Source of the DNA: Vibrio alginolyticus NBRC 15630 = ATCC 17749
Lineage (GTDB): Bacteria; Pseudomonadota; Gammaproteobacteria; Enterobacterales; Vibrionaceae
Direction of reading: 5' to 3'
Assembly: GCF_000354175.2 (NCBI RefSeq)
Contig: NC_022359.1
Span: forward strand, 960,001 to 992,000
DNA length: 32,000 bases
A program made the position numbers and the translations under genes. Position 1 is the first letter of the stretch. Each line of letters opens with the position of its first letter. The notes below the pieces were generated by a model. It saw nothing but the letters and a program-made list of their open reading frames with translations. It did no database searches and was not told the origin of the DNA. Positions 16,242-24,904 of this stretch are shown piece after piece.

Positions 16242-18912
16242 AGGTTAGTGTTCCTTGCTCATCGACAGACACTTCGATTTGCGTATGTGAATCATCCTTG
16301 TCATGCACTAATAGCTGAGTCGATAGTTGCGGCAGCAACTGACGGTTGATGACCGCGTCGATGTTACGCGCGCCCGTTTCAGCAAGGCGACAGTTACCTA
16401 GTACGAACTCAACCAAGCTTTCTTCGTAGCTCAGAGACAACTTGTGATGACTCTGTAGACGCTGAGAAACTTTGTTCAGCTTGTGGTGAATAATTTCTGT
16501 CATTGCTTCATCAGACAGCGGAACAAATGGTAGTACTGACATACGTGCCAACAGCGCCGGCTTGAAGTGTTGGTTCAAAGTAGGGCGAATAGCTTCTGCG
16601 ATGATGTTTGCATCGATGTCTTTGGATTGATGAACCAAAGATTCGATCTCATGCGTCGCAAGGTTACTGGTCATGATGATCAGCGTGTTCTTGAAGTCGA
16701 TTGTGCGGCCTTCGCCGTCGTTCAGCGTGCCTTTGTCGAACACTTGGTAGAACAGGTTCAACACTTCAGGGTCGGCTTTTTCCACTTCATCAAGAAGAAC
16801 AACAGAATATGGACGTTGACGAACCGCTTCTGTCAGCATGCCGCCTTCACCGTAACCTACGTAACCCGGAGGAGAACCGATTAGGCGAGATACCGTGTGC
16901 TTCTCTTGGAACTCAGACATGTTAATGGTCGTCATAAAGCGCTCACCACCAAACATTTGATCAGCGATCGCACGAGCCGTTTCGGTTTTACCCACGCCAC
17001 TTGGGCCAACCAGCAGGAATACGCCTGTTGGTGCGTCTGGGTTACCTAGACCAGCTTTCGCAGTTTGAATGCCTTCAGACAGTGCATCGATAGCGTATTC
17101 TTGGCCTTTGATGCTTTGTGTTAGGCTTTCTTTCAGTTTTAGCGTGGTTTCTGCTTCGTCTTGAAGCATCTTACCCATTGGAATACCAGTCCAGTCCGAG
17201 ATGACGTGGCTAACTTCATCTGGGCCCACTTCAAAGTGAACCAGTGGGTTGCCATTGCGGATTACATCTAGCTGTTCTTGGCAGGCCGAAATGGCAATGC
17301 GAACGGCTTCTTCATCCATTTCTGCATATGGAGAAACGTCTTGCTCTTGTTCTGAATCTTCGTCTGCAACAAGCTCTTCTTCATTTGTTTCTCCAAAGAC
17401 CAGTTCATGTAAGCGAGAGCGTAGAGCAATCATCTCTTGGATCTGCTCTTTTTCTTTGTGCCATTGCGCTTCTTGTTCTGCTAGCTCTTCTTTCGTTGTT
17501 TCCATTGCCAGTTTTAGGTCTGGAATGTTAGCAAGGCTGTGCTTGTCGCCAGTTTGCTGCAGAGCATCACGCTCAAGTGCTTCAAGCTCGCGCTGTTGAG
17601 CTGCAAGTTCTTGTTGCAGAGTCTCAACAGAAGCAGGAATGGCATTAAGGCTGATGTTCACTCGTGCACACGCCGTATCTAGTACATCGATCGCTTTGTC
17701 TGGCAGTTGACGACCAGAGATGTAACGAGCAGAAAGTGCTGCCGCAGCAGTGATAGCATCGTCACGCACGTAAACGTTATGTGACTTCTCGTATGCTGGG
17801 CGCAGACCACGAATGATCAATGCTGCTTGCTCAGGAGACGGTTCGTCGAGTTTCACCAATTGGAAACGACGCGCAAGAGCAGGATCTTTCTCGAAGTACT
17901 TCTTGTATTCCGACCATGTTGTCGCAGCGATGGTTTTCACTTCACCACGCGCTAGGGCTGGTTTTAGCAAGTTTGCCGCGTCGCTGCCGCCCGCTTGGTT
18001 ACCACCGCCAACAAGGGTGTGTGCTTCATCGATGAAAAGAATGATAGGGGTTGGCGAGTTTTTCACTTCATCCAATACTGCGTTTAGGCGTTTTTCGAAT
18101 TCGCCTTTTACGCTTGCACCAGCTTGCAGAAGACCCATGTCCAGGCCGTAAAGCTCAACACCTTTGAGGTTGTCTGGTACGTCACCTTGTACAATCTTAA
18201 GTGCCAAGCCTTCTACTACTGCGGTTTTACCAACGCCCGGTTCACCAACAGCAATAGGGTTGTTTTTACGGCGACGAGCAAGAATGTCCACGATTTGGCG
18301 GATTTCTTGGTCACGGCAGAAAACAGGATCGATTTCGCCTTTGCGTGCTTTACCAGTGAAGTCTGTCGTGAACTTGCTCAGTGCTGAGCCATCCTCACGA
18401 GCTTGTGTTTTCTCTGAATTAGCAACTTGCGCCTCAATAGAGTGGCTTGTTAGTTCTGCAAAGTTACGCTTAAGGCTGTCAGGATTTACCGCCTCAAGGA
18501 TAGAGGCATAACCATGTTGGCCGTAACGGAGAGGATTGCTAACAAGAGTAAGGAGCAGGGCGCCAGAGCGGATTTGTGTTTCGGATAGATCTAAAGAAGA
18601 AACCAGCCAGCTTTCTTGCAACCATTCGATTAATAAAGCAGAAAAAACAGGTTTGCTGCCATTTCCTTTGGCGTTGGTGTCGAGTGTGGATCGAACCGAT
18701 TGTCTTAATAAGTTCTCAGAACAATCAAAATGACTTAATAAGACGTCAAAATCACTATTTGGCCTTTCTAATAGACTCAGTAAATAATGCTCAATTTGAA
18801 CTTCGTTTGCTTTTTCAGAGACTGCAAGTGCAGCGGCGTCTTCTAATGCTACTTTTGCAATCGGGTGTAGACGCTGAATTAATGAAGAAAGGTTTATATT
18901 TATCATAGCCAT
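16228..18912 (-). CDS. clpV: T6SS AAA+ ATPase ClpV (TssH)
   Basis: 894 aa with a Clp N-domain and two AAA+ modules (Walker A GEPGVGKT and GPSGVGKT) separated by a coiled-coil middle region. It lies within a T6SS cluster. Confidence 0.95.
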   Translation of the reverse strand: MAMININLSSLIQRLHPIAKVALEDAAALAVSEKANEVQIEHYLLSLLERPNSDFDVLLSHFDCSENLLRQSVRSTLDTNAKGNGSKPVFSALLIEWLQESWLVSSLDLSETQIRSGALLLTLVSNPLRYGQHGYASILEAVNPDSLKRNFAELTSHSIEAQVANSEKTQAREDGSALSKFTTDFTGKARKGEIDPVFCRDQEIRQIVDILARRRKNNPIAVGEPGVGKTAVVEGLALKIVQGDVPDNLKGVELYGLDMGLLQAGASVKGEFEKRLNAVLDEVKNSPTPIILFIDEAHTLVGGGNQAGGSDAANLLKPALARGEVKTIAATTWSEYKKYFEKDPALARRFQLVKLDEPSPEQAALIIRGLRPAYEKSHNVYVRDDAITAAAALSARYISGRQLPDKAIDVLDTACARVNISLNAIPASVETLQQELAAQQRELEALERDALQQTGDKHSLANIPDLKLAMETTKEELAEQEAQWHKEKEQIQEMIALRSRLHELVFGETNEEELVADEDSEQEQDVSPYAEMDEEAVRIAISACQEQLDVIRNGNPLVHFEVGPDEVSHVISDWTGIPMGKMLQDEAETTLKLKESLTQSIKGQEYAIDALSEGIQTAKAGLGNPDAPTGVFLLVGPSGVGKTETARAIADQMFGGERFMTTINMSEFQEKHTVSRLIGSPPGYVGYGEGGMLTEAVRQRPYSVVLLDEVEKADPEVLNLFYQVFDKGTLNDGEGRTIDFKNTLIIMTSNLATHEIESLVHQSKDIDANIIAEAIRPTLNQHFKPALLARMSVLPFVPLSDEAMTEIIHHKLNKVSQRLQSHHKLSLSYEESLVEFVLGNCRLAETGARNIDAVINRQLLPQLSTQLLVHDKDDSHTQIEVSVDEQGTLTYAFS

Positions 18913-18994
18913 TTTATTCTTTAGAGGAAAAGAGGTAGCGGCTATTATACTAAAAGTGATTGCGTTCTTTTTTTATCAAGATATTTTGACTATC

Positions 18995-19139
18995 GTTTGT
19001 TGGTTATTTTTAATGATTATTGTGACATTAATGTTTGTGGTTATTTTAATGGCGTTGTTATTCTAAATTAATTGATAGTAAAAGTGTCGGATTTATTAGT
19101 TTTAATGACTTTATTTACACGGTTTTATATGGTTATTTT
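18995..19139. repeat. Direct repeats GTTTGT(T)GGTTATTTT(T)AATG (two copies) plus a third GGTTATTTT core in the divergent clpV/hcp control region
   Basis: Copies at 18995-19015 and 19033-19051, with a third core at 19131-19139. All lie 140-280 bp upstream of the sigma54-type promoter of hcp in very AT-rich DNA. Confidence 0.35.
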
Positions 19140-19274
19140 CACTTTTTAAAGTTAGAACAATTTATTATTATCTTAATCCAACTTTTTGGTTTTTTATCCA
19201 ATAAATTGTACTCAAGATATTAGTGAATAATGTCTTTATTTGTTTAAATTGTTGTTTTTATTGCATTTTTAAAG

Positions 19275-19291
19275 TTGGCACGGACTTTGAT
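19275..19291 (+). promoter_or_regulatory. Sigma54 (-24/-12) type promoter upstream of hcp
   Basis: TTGGCACG-GACT-TTGAT: a perfect -24 element TGGCAC (19276-19281), an exact 5-nt spacer, and a -12 element TTGA (consensus TTGC). It lies about 70 nt upstream of the hcp ATG, and a cognate bEBP is encoded 3 kb away. Confidence 0.6.
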
Positions 19292-19362
19292 TATACCAAG
19301 TAGTCGCGGTGATAAGCGATTTGGTGATTTAAACAAAACAGATTTTAGAAAAGGAAATAGCG

Positions 19363-19881
19363 ATGCCAACTCCAGCATATATGTCTATCCAAGGTGAGAC
19401 TCAAGGCCATATTACTAAAGATACTTACTCTGCAGATTCAGTAGGTAACACATGGCAAGAAGCTCACGTTGATGAGTTCCTAGTACAAGAACTTGATCAC
19501 GTGCTAACTGTTCCACGTGATCCACAAAGTGGTCAGCCAACTGGTCAACGTGTACACCGTCCACTTGTTGTAACTAAAGTTCAAGATCGCTCATCTCCAC
19601 TACTATTCAACGCACTAGTATCTGGCGAAAAACTTCCTGAGTGTGTGATCCGCTTCTACCGTACTTCAGTTCAAGGTAAACAAGAGCACTACTACTCAAT
19701 CAAATTGATTGATGCGCTACTTGTCGATATCCAAACTCGTATGAACCACTGTCAAGACGCAGCAACAGCTGACCGCGTGACAGAAGAAGTGCTTAAGTTC
19801 ACTTACCGTGCGATCGAAGTAACTCACGAAAACTGTGGTACTGCGGGTAACGACGACTGGCGTGCTCCACGCGAAGCTTAA
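19363..19881 (+). CDS. hcp: T6SS inner tube protein Hcp (TssD)
   Basis: 172 aa. MPTPAYMSIQGETQGHIT...DPQSGQPTGQRVH...WYRTS-like...GTAGNDDWRAPREA aligns along its length with Vibrio cholerae Hcp as I remember it. Confidence 0.97.
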   Translation: MPTPAYMSIQGETQGHITKDTYSADSVGNTWQEAHVDEFLVQELDHVLTVPRDPQSGQPTGQRVHRPLVVTKVQDRSSPLLFNALVSGEKLPECVIRFYRTSVQGKQEHYYSIKLIDALLVDIQTRMNHCQDAATADRVTEEVLKFTYRAIEVTHENCGTAGNDDWRAPREA

Positions 19882-19902
19882 TTGCTCGTCGCGTAAAGAT
19901 TC

Positions 19903-19924
19903 AGGGCCAACGATTGTTGGCCCT
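19903..19924 (+). terminator. Hairpin between hcp and vgrG (partial terminator or RNA-stability element)
   Basis: Perfect 9-bp stem AGGGCCAAC / GTTGGCCCT with loop GATT, 22 nt after the hcp stop. The trailing sequence AATTCGATTATTTG is only moderately U-rich. Confidence 0.4.
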
Positions 19925-19953
19925 AATTCGATTATTTGTATCAGGTAAAAGAT

Positions 19954-22032
19954 ATGGTGAATGACGTAGAATTTAAATTTGAAGTGCCTGGATGTGGGCA
20001 TGAATTTCGGGTTGAGAGCTTTCATGTTCATGAAGAGTTATCTAAGCCTTTCCACATCAATCTCTCATTACTTTCACTTGATCCAGATATCTCGTTCGAT
20101 GAGTTAATACGTAAAGCAGGAACATTGACACTTTACGGACAAGGTGTTGGGGCTGCGCGTGTGTTCAACGGCGTGGTGAATGAAGTTCGTTACTTAGGGA
20201 CTGGACGTCGTTTTTCTCGTTATCAATTAGTCTTGGTTCCTCAAGCTTGGTTCTTATCTCAGCGCCAAGATTGTCGTATTTTCCAGCAAAAGTCAGCGCA
20301 AGACATCATCACAGAAGTACTCGATGATGGGACAGTCACCGATTACCGATTTGAAGTGTCGGGTACTTATCCTCCAAAAGAATACGTTCTGCAATACCGT
20401 GAGTCTGACTTGCACTTCGTGCAGCGTATGATGGCTGAACACGGTATGTGGTATTACTTTGACCATAGCGATTCAAATCATACGATGGTCATTGTCGACA
20501 GTAATGACGCGATTGCACCTTTGATAAGCTCGCCACTAAATGCTTCTTACATTGGGCCGATTGTTTATCATGCCGATGGTGGCGGTGTTGCCGATCGCGA
20601 ACATATCTCTGATCTCGAGTTAGTTAACCGCGTTAGAACGGGACAGGTTACGTACACAGATTACAACTACGAACACCCTAAAATTCCACAAGAGATGACA
20701 CAGGCTGGCGAGCTAGACCAAGATCTCAAGCAGTTTGATTATCCTGGACGATACGTCGACCCGCTGATGGGTCAGGTGAGAACCACGGAGTGGATGTCGG
20801 AACACATAGTCGATAATCAACAAGTGGAAGCAACGAGTGACGTAATGCGCTTAGCATCTGGTTACAGCTTTAACGTCAGTGACCACCCGCGTTCTGAGAT
20901 TAACCGCGATTACCTTATGTTGTCTGTAATGCACACAGGTCAAGATCCGCAAGTGCATGAAGATGAAGCGAGTGGTATGCCAACCACTTACTACAACCAG
21001 TTCTCGTGTATTCCACGTGATGTGGTGTTTAAAGCGCCTAAACTAGCGGCACCAGTAGTGGATGGCCCTCAAACGGCGGTCGTTGTAGGACCAGAAGGTG
21101 AAGAGATTTACACCGACAAGCTTGGTCGAGTGAAAGTACAGTTCCATTGGGATCGCTACGGTGATAACAACGAGCATTCAAGCTGTTGGATTCGTGTAAG
21201 CCAATCCATGGCGGCGCCAACATGGGGCGCAGTTTATTTGCCGCGTATTGGCCATGAAGTCGTAGTGACTTTCCTTGAGGGGGACCCAGATCGTCCGTTA
21301 GTTACGGGCGCAGTTTACAACGGTTTGCATTTCCCACCGTACTCTTTGCCAGAAAACAAAACTCGTACCACGTTCCGCACGCAAACGCACAAAGGAACAG
21401 GTTACAACGAGTTGAGTTTTGAAGACGAAGCGAACCAAGAAGAAGTCTATATTCACGCTCAAAAAGACATGTCGACCAAGGTGCTCAACAACCGTTACCG
21501 TGATATCGGTCAAGATGAATTCTTGAAAGTTGCACGTCACCAAACGAATGAAGTTCATGGTGACCATAAAGAAACCATTCATGGACATAAAACGACACAA
21601 GTAAACAGTACGTTTACCGAGACAGTCGAGCAAGACGTTACCGTCACATACAACGCGAACGAAGCCCAGTATGTGAAAAACAATTCTGACTTAGAAATTG
21701 GTGATAACCGTACGACTAAGATCGGTAAAAATGATGACTTAGATATTGGCGAAAACAGTAACCTTACTATCGGTGCGTCTAAGAGTTCAGATATTGGTGC
21801 GGATGATAACCAGACGGTTGGTGGCAACTTAACGGTATCAGTGAAAGGGAACACCGCTTATAAAGCTGATGGTGCAACGCAAATTATCAGTGGCGACAAG
21901 ATTGTATTGAAAACGGGTGGTTCCTCTTTAGTGATGAACAGTGATGGTTCAATAAAGTTATCAGGCTCGGCTATTACGATCGAAGGCAGTGACAAAGTCG
22001 TCGTGAAAGGTGGCAACGTAGTGGTTAACTAA
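19954..22032 (+). CDS. vgrG: T6SS spike protein VgrG (TssI), no C-terminal toxin extension
   Basis: I prefer the ATG at 19954 (AGG about 7 nt upstream) over the TTG at 19936. The N-terminal half is gp27-like, followed by a gp5 OB-fold region (GRVKVQFHWDR...HEVVVTFLEGDPDRPLVTGAVYN) and then beta-helix repeats ending KGGNVVVN. Confidence 0.95.
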   Translation: MVNDVEFKFEVPGCGHEFRVESFHVHEELSKPFHINLSLLSLDPDISFDELIRKAGTLTLYGQGVGAARVFNGVVNEVRYLGTGRRFSRYQLVLVPQAWFLSQRQDCRIFQQKSAQDIITEVLDDGTVTDYRFEVSGTYPPKEYVLQYRESDLHFVQRMMAEHGMWYYFDHSDSNHTMVIVDSNDAIAPLISSPLNASYIGPIVYHADGGGVADREHISDLELVNRVRTGQVTYTDYNYEHPKIPQEMTQAGELDQDLKQFDYPGRYVDPLMGQVRTTEWMSEHIVDNQQVEATSDVMRLASGYSFNVSDHPRSEINRDYLMLSVMHTGQDPQVHEDEASGMPTTYYNQFSCIPRDVVFKAPKLAAPVVDGPQTAVVVGPEGEEIYTDKLGRVKVQFHWDRYGDNNEHSSCWIRVSQSMAAPTWGAVYLPRIGHEVVVTFLEGDPDRPLVTGAVYNGLHFPPYSLPENKTRTTFRTQTHKGTGYNELSFEDEANQEEVYIHAQKDMSTKVLNNRYRDIGQDEFLKVARHQTNEVHGDHKETIHGHKTTQVNSTFTETVEQDVTVTYNANEAQYVKNNSDLEIGDNRTTKIGKNDDLDIGENSNLTIGASKSSDIGADDNQTVGGNLTVSVKGNTAYKADGATQIISGDKIVLKTGGSSLVMNSDGSIKLSGSAITIEGSDKVVVKGGNVVVN

Positions 22033-22034
22033 CA

Positions 22035-22517
22035 ATGGAAAAACAACCTCTTACAACAGAAGTAATATCAGAGCAGCAAGCCGAATCAACGGCTTGCTTT
22101 TCGCGTTTTGGAAGAATAGTGGCTATCAATGAGTCTACGGGCAGTGTGCGAGTTGATTTTGATGGTAACCCATTTAATCAGCCACTCACTGCGAGACTAG
22201 GACGTGGCTTTCGTCGTTCTGAGCTGCAAATGGCTATCGATAATCGATTAAGTTGTCGAGTTGAATTTTTGAACGACGACTTAAGCTTGCCTCTTGTGAC
22301 GGACATTTTCTTCTCCATTCTGGATGACTCTGACGAGTTTGTATTGCGAGCGAAGAAGATGGTTATCGAGACAGAACAAGAGTTGGTAGTCAAAAGTGGT
22401 GAGACAGAAACTCGCTATAGCGGGCGCGATGGACGAATTACCACTAAAGCGAAGTACGTCACCTCTCAAGCAGAAAAAGCACAAAAAATTCAAGGCGGAA
22501 CGATCGCAATTAACTAA
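22035..22517 (+). CDS. 160-aa VgrG-adjacent protein with a VgrG-like C-terminal tail; function unknown
   Basis: It starts 2 nt after the vgrG stop. The last ~44 aa (LVVKSGETETRYSGRDGRITTK...KIQGGTIAIN) align with the last ~43 aa of VgrG (IVLKTGGSSLVMNSDGSIKLSG...VVKGGNVVVN). No PAAR motif was seen. Confidence 0.5.
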   Translation: MEKQPLTTEVISEQQAESTACFSRFGRIVAINESTGSVRVDFDGNPFNQPLTARLGRGFRRSELQMAIDNRLSCRVEFLNDDLSLPLVTDIFFSILDDSDEFVLRAKKMVIETEQELVVKSGETETRYSGRDGRITTKAKYVTSQAEKAQKIQGGTIAIN

Positions 22518-22577
22518 TTACCTAGCATTAGCTAATTTACGTCGAGTTAGCTAATTACTTTGTATTAACTAATTGCA
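22508..22577. repeat. Four phased copies of TTA[AG]CTAATT (palindromic core TTAGCTAA), iteron/operator-like array
   Basis: Cores at 22510-22519, 22528-22537, 22547-22556 and 22565-22574, spaced 18, 19 and 18 bp, with non-conserved spacers. The first copy overlaps the stop codon of the 160-aa gene. Confidence 0.6.
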
Positions 22578-22611
22578 ATCGCGTTATGGCACGCTAATAA
22601 CGGATAACTAG

Positions 22612-23931
22612 ATGCGACAAAGAATCGGTGTCGAGCACCTAAAGGCACCCATAACCAATCAAGAAGTCGAAGGCGCGTTAGCAAAAGCTGAGCGCGCTGT
22701 GAACGACCTTTCCCAATTGCCAGTAACATGGCTGGATTTCTGTAATGAAAAGCTGTCCATTGCTTCTGAAAGTATCGGTTTTTTAATCAGGCAGCGAGTT
22801 CAAATTCACAAAAGGGGTTATCCAAGTCGTGAGTTGGCGTATCTCAAGCTGATTGAACGCCAAATTGAAGAACTGAAGCAGGTGTACTTGTCGTTTTATC
22901 GCTTAGCACCGGGGTTGATTCATCAATTAAGAGACCAGGAGCCAGAAATCTACAGCTGGCTGATGCTACAGGGCGAGTTGGGCTCAGAGTTGGATAACCT
23001 TTTGTGCGGATTGAGTTTACTCGAAGATATTGACACTAAAACTGCAATGGTCGTTGCCGTGCAATCTTCGGTTGAATCTATGGATAGCACGCTTTCGGAG
23101 CTTATTGAGGGTAATGCGACATCCAGTGCGTTTTACTTTGAATGCTTACGTGTACGTCAAACATTAAGTGTTTCTCTCATCAAGCGCTGGCACAATGTCA
23201 GCATCATCAGCTCTCAAGTTGCTTTGCCACTGCTCGCTTTACAAGACGTAAAAGAGGGGATTGATTGGCTTAATGACAATGCAGGCAGCGAACAATACCT
23301 ATTTGAACGTTTGATTACCAAACGTGACAGAGGCACTTGGTTCCGTCAGAGCTTTGGCATCGAACCAAATAGATTACCATCAGCGCAAGTGCTTACTTAT
23401 GCCAAGTTGCTTGAGTTAAAAGAGTTTGAGGCGTTTGATATCTCTTCTTCATTAGCACCTGTTGATTTTGCGCTGAGTGGCGATTGGAAACTGGTGCCCC
23501 AAATCATCGAGCACTTGGAAAGTCTGGAGGAAGCTGAAGGTGAAGTTTGGCTTCAAGCCTTGTATGTCGTCTACGGAAAGCTTCTTCCTCTGAATCCGCA
23601 AGATGTTGGTGTCGAGTATGAATGGGAAGAGATCGTCGATCTGCTCAATGAGTGGGTGGAAGATGAAAAATATATGCAAAATCTACCAAGCCGCTTGGGT
23701 TACGCATTGAGCTTCGAGTCTACGTTAGCTGCGATGCAAGATTCTAACGTTGATGTGCTGTTCCGCGACTGGCTATGGCGCCAAATCTGCATTCAATCCA
23801 GAGCCTACGTGCCTTGGGATATGGCGATGCCGATTCATCAACAAGACTGGAACTTCAACAATTTAAAGGCCGCACCTTCTGCGAGCGAACGATTCAACTT
23901 AAGGAATAGCAATGCAGTTATGGGATATTGA
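22612..23931 (+). CDS. Hypothetical 439-aa, apparently helical protein in the vgrG cassette
   Basis: ORF with codon usage that looks consistent with its neighbours. Its 3' end overlaps the next gene by 20 nt. No signal peptide, TM segment or motif I recognise. The Shine-Dalgarno sequence is weak. Confidence 0.55.
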   Translation: MRQRIGVEHLKAPITNQEVEGALAKAERAVNDLSQLPVTWLDFCNEKLSIASESIGFLIRQRVQIHKRGYPSRELAYLKLIERQIEELKQVYLSFYRLAPGLIHQLRDQEPEIYSWLMLQGELGSELDNLLCGLSLLEDIDTKTAMVVAVQSSVESMDSTLSELIEGNATSSAFYFECLRVRQTLSVSLIKRWHNVSIISSQVALPLLALQDVKEGIDWLNDNAGSEQYLFERLITKRDRGTWFRQSFGIEPNRLPSAQVLTYAKLLELKEFEAFDISSSLAPVDFALSGDWKLVPQIIEHLESLEEAEGEVWLQALYVVYGKLLPLNPQDVGVEYEWEEIVDLLNEWVEDEKYMQNLPSRLGYALSFESTLAAMQDSNVDVLFRDWLWRQICIQSRAYVPWDMAMPIHQQDWNFNNLKAAPSASERFNLRNSNAVMGY

Positions 23932-24904
23932 AGCGCACCCTGAGCTATCACTTAAAGGTCGTTTTCAACGTGACGAAAACGGCGATGAAGTGTGGGTTGT
24001 TGTCGCCAAACGCACATGGCAATTCGATGGTGTGGTTTGGCACGAATTAGGTGAAAGTGAAATCTTCGATGATCCCCAATATTTGGGCGAAGAAGGCTTC
24101 TCTGCGATGAAAGTTGACCACGAATTCGCGTATACCAAAGACAACACAGATGTACTTGTTTACGGCAAAGCGCGCAGCTACGCGAAAAAGCCAGTGACAT
24201 ACCAAGAATGTCGTGTGTTGATTGATGGTCATATCGATAAGACTCTCGCTATTCACGGGGAGCGCGTATGGGTTGAGCATGCTGGCAGTATCACGCTGAG
24301 CAATCCAGTCCCATTTATTGAAAAAGACATTGATTACACTTGCGCGGTAGGCGGTGATTTACGTAACCGAATAGGTGGTGGGGTTGCCTACTCCAACAAA
24401 GAATTGCTTGAACAGAAAGTACCCTCGATTTTTTATCCCCGAGAGGACTGGAGTGCCGCCGCGAAAAAACTACGCGTTGCGGGGTTCGGGCCAGTGCCTC
24501 CGTTCTTTGAGTCGCGCCAGAAGCTGGCCGGCACGTTCGATGACGATTGGATTGAGAATCGCAAGCCAATGTTGCCACTCGATTTTGATAAGCGGTTCTT
24601 CCAAAGCGCGCCTATTGATCAACAGTGCAAAGGCTTCCTTCATGGAGGGGAGCGTTTGATGATGAGTGGCTTTTGTCATGATGACACGCTTTCATTTCGA
24701 ATTCCTAAAGAAAAATACCGTGCGATCGCGACGTTCAAAGATCAAAGTTATCAAGCTGATATGGCGATGTACACCTTATTCGTTGATGCGGAAAAGAAAA
24801 CTATATCAATCAGTTACACCGCTGCGTTTCCTTGTCAGGGCAAGGAGCATTTGTTGGTGTCGACATCCATCACTAAGTTGGAAGAGGTAAGCGAGCATGC
24901 ATAA
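23912..24904 (+). CDS. DUF2169-like T6SS accessory (putative effector-loading adaptor)
   Basis: The N-terminus (DENGDEVWVVVAKRTWQFDG...DDPQYLGEEG...DHEFAYTKDNTDVLVYGKA...KTLAIHGERVW) matches the DUF2169 pattern as I remember it (D..G.e.vvvvK.Tf....dG; D.y.G; K..tDVl..G.A; v.G.R.W). It sits downstream of vgrG, as is typical for this family. Confidence 0.65.
   Translation: MQLWDIEAHPELSLKGRFQRDENGDEVWVVVAKRTWQFDGVVWHELGESEIFDDPQYLGEEGFSAMKVDHEFAYTKDNTDVLVYGKARSYAKKPVTYQECRVLIDGHIDKTLAIHGERVWVEHAGSITLSNPVPFIEKDIDYTCAVGGDLRNRIGGGVAYSNKELLEQKVPSIFYPREDWSAAAKKLRVAGFGPVPPFFESRQKLAGTFDDDWIENRKPMLPLDFDKRFFQSAPIDQQCKGFLHGGERLMMSGFCHDDTLSFRIPKEKYRAIATFKDQSYQADMAMYTLFVDAEKKTISISYTAAFPCQGKEHLLVSTSITKLEEVSEHA

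Noticed and set aside
16567-18908. Numerous plus-strand ORFs (60-116 aa) overlapping clpV
   Set aside because: All lie antisense to, or out of frame with, a strongly supported 894-aa AAA+ ATPase gene. Their translations are low-complexity (Ser/Arg/Cys/Leu-rich), as is typical of antisense frames.
18973-18987. IHF-like site TATCAAGATATTT in the clpV/hcp intergenic region
   Set aside because: It matches WATCAANNNNTTR only partly, because the final R is T. It also lies on the far side of the putative activator repeats rather than between them and the sigma54 promoter. In such AT-rich DNA, chance matches are expected.
22035-22517. The 160-aa vgrG-adjacent protein as the missing PAAR protein
   Set aside because: No PAAR-type repeats (PxAR-like motifs or the Cys/His metal site) are visible. 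Its similarity is instead to the VgrG C-terminal strands.
22587-22601. TGGCAC motif (TGGCACGCTAATAAC) just upstream of the 439-aa gene as a second sigma54 promoter
   Set aside because: The -24 element is perfect, but the -12 position reads TAAC instead of TTGC. The predicted transcription start would also fall on or after the ATG at 22612, leaving no leader or RBS. This is probably chance.
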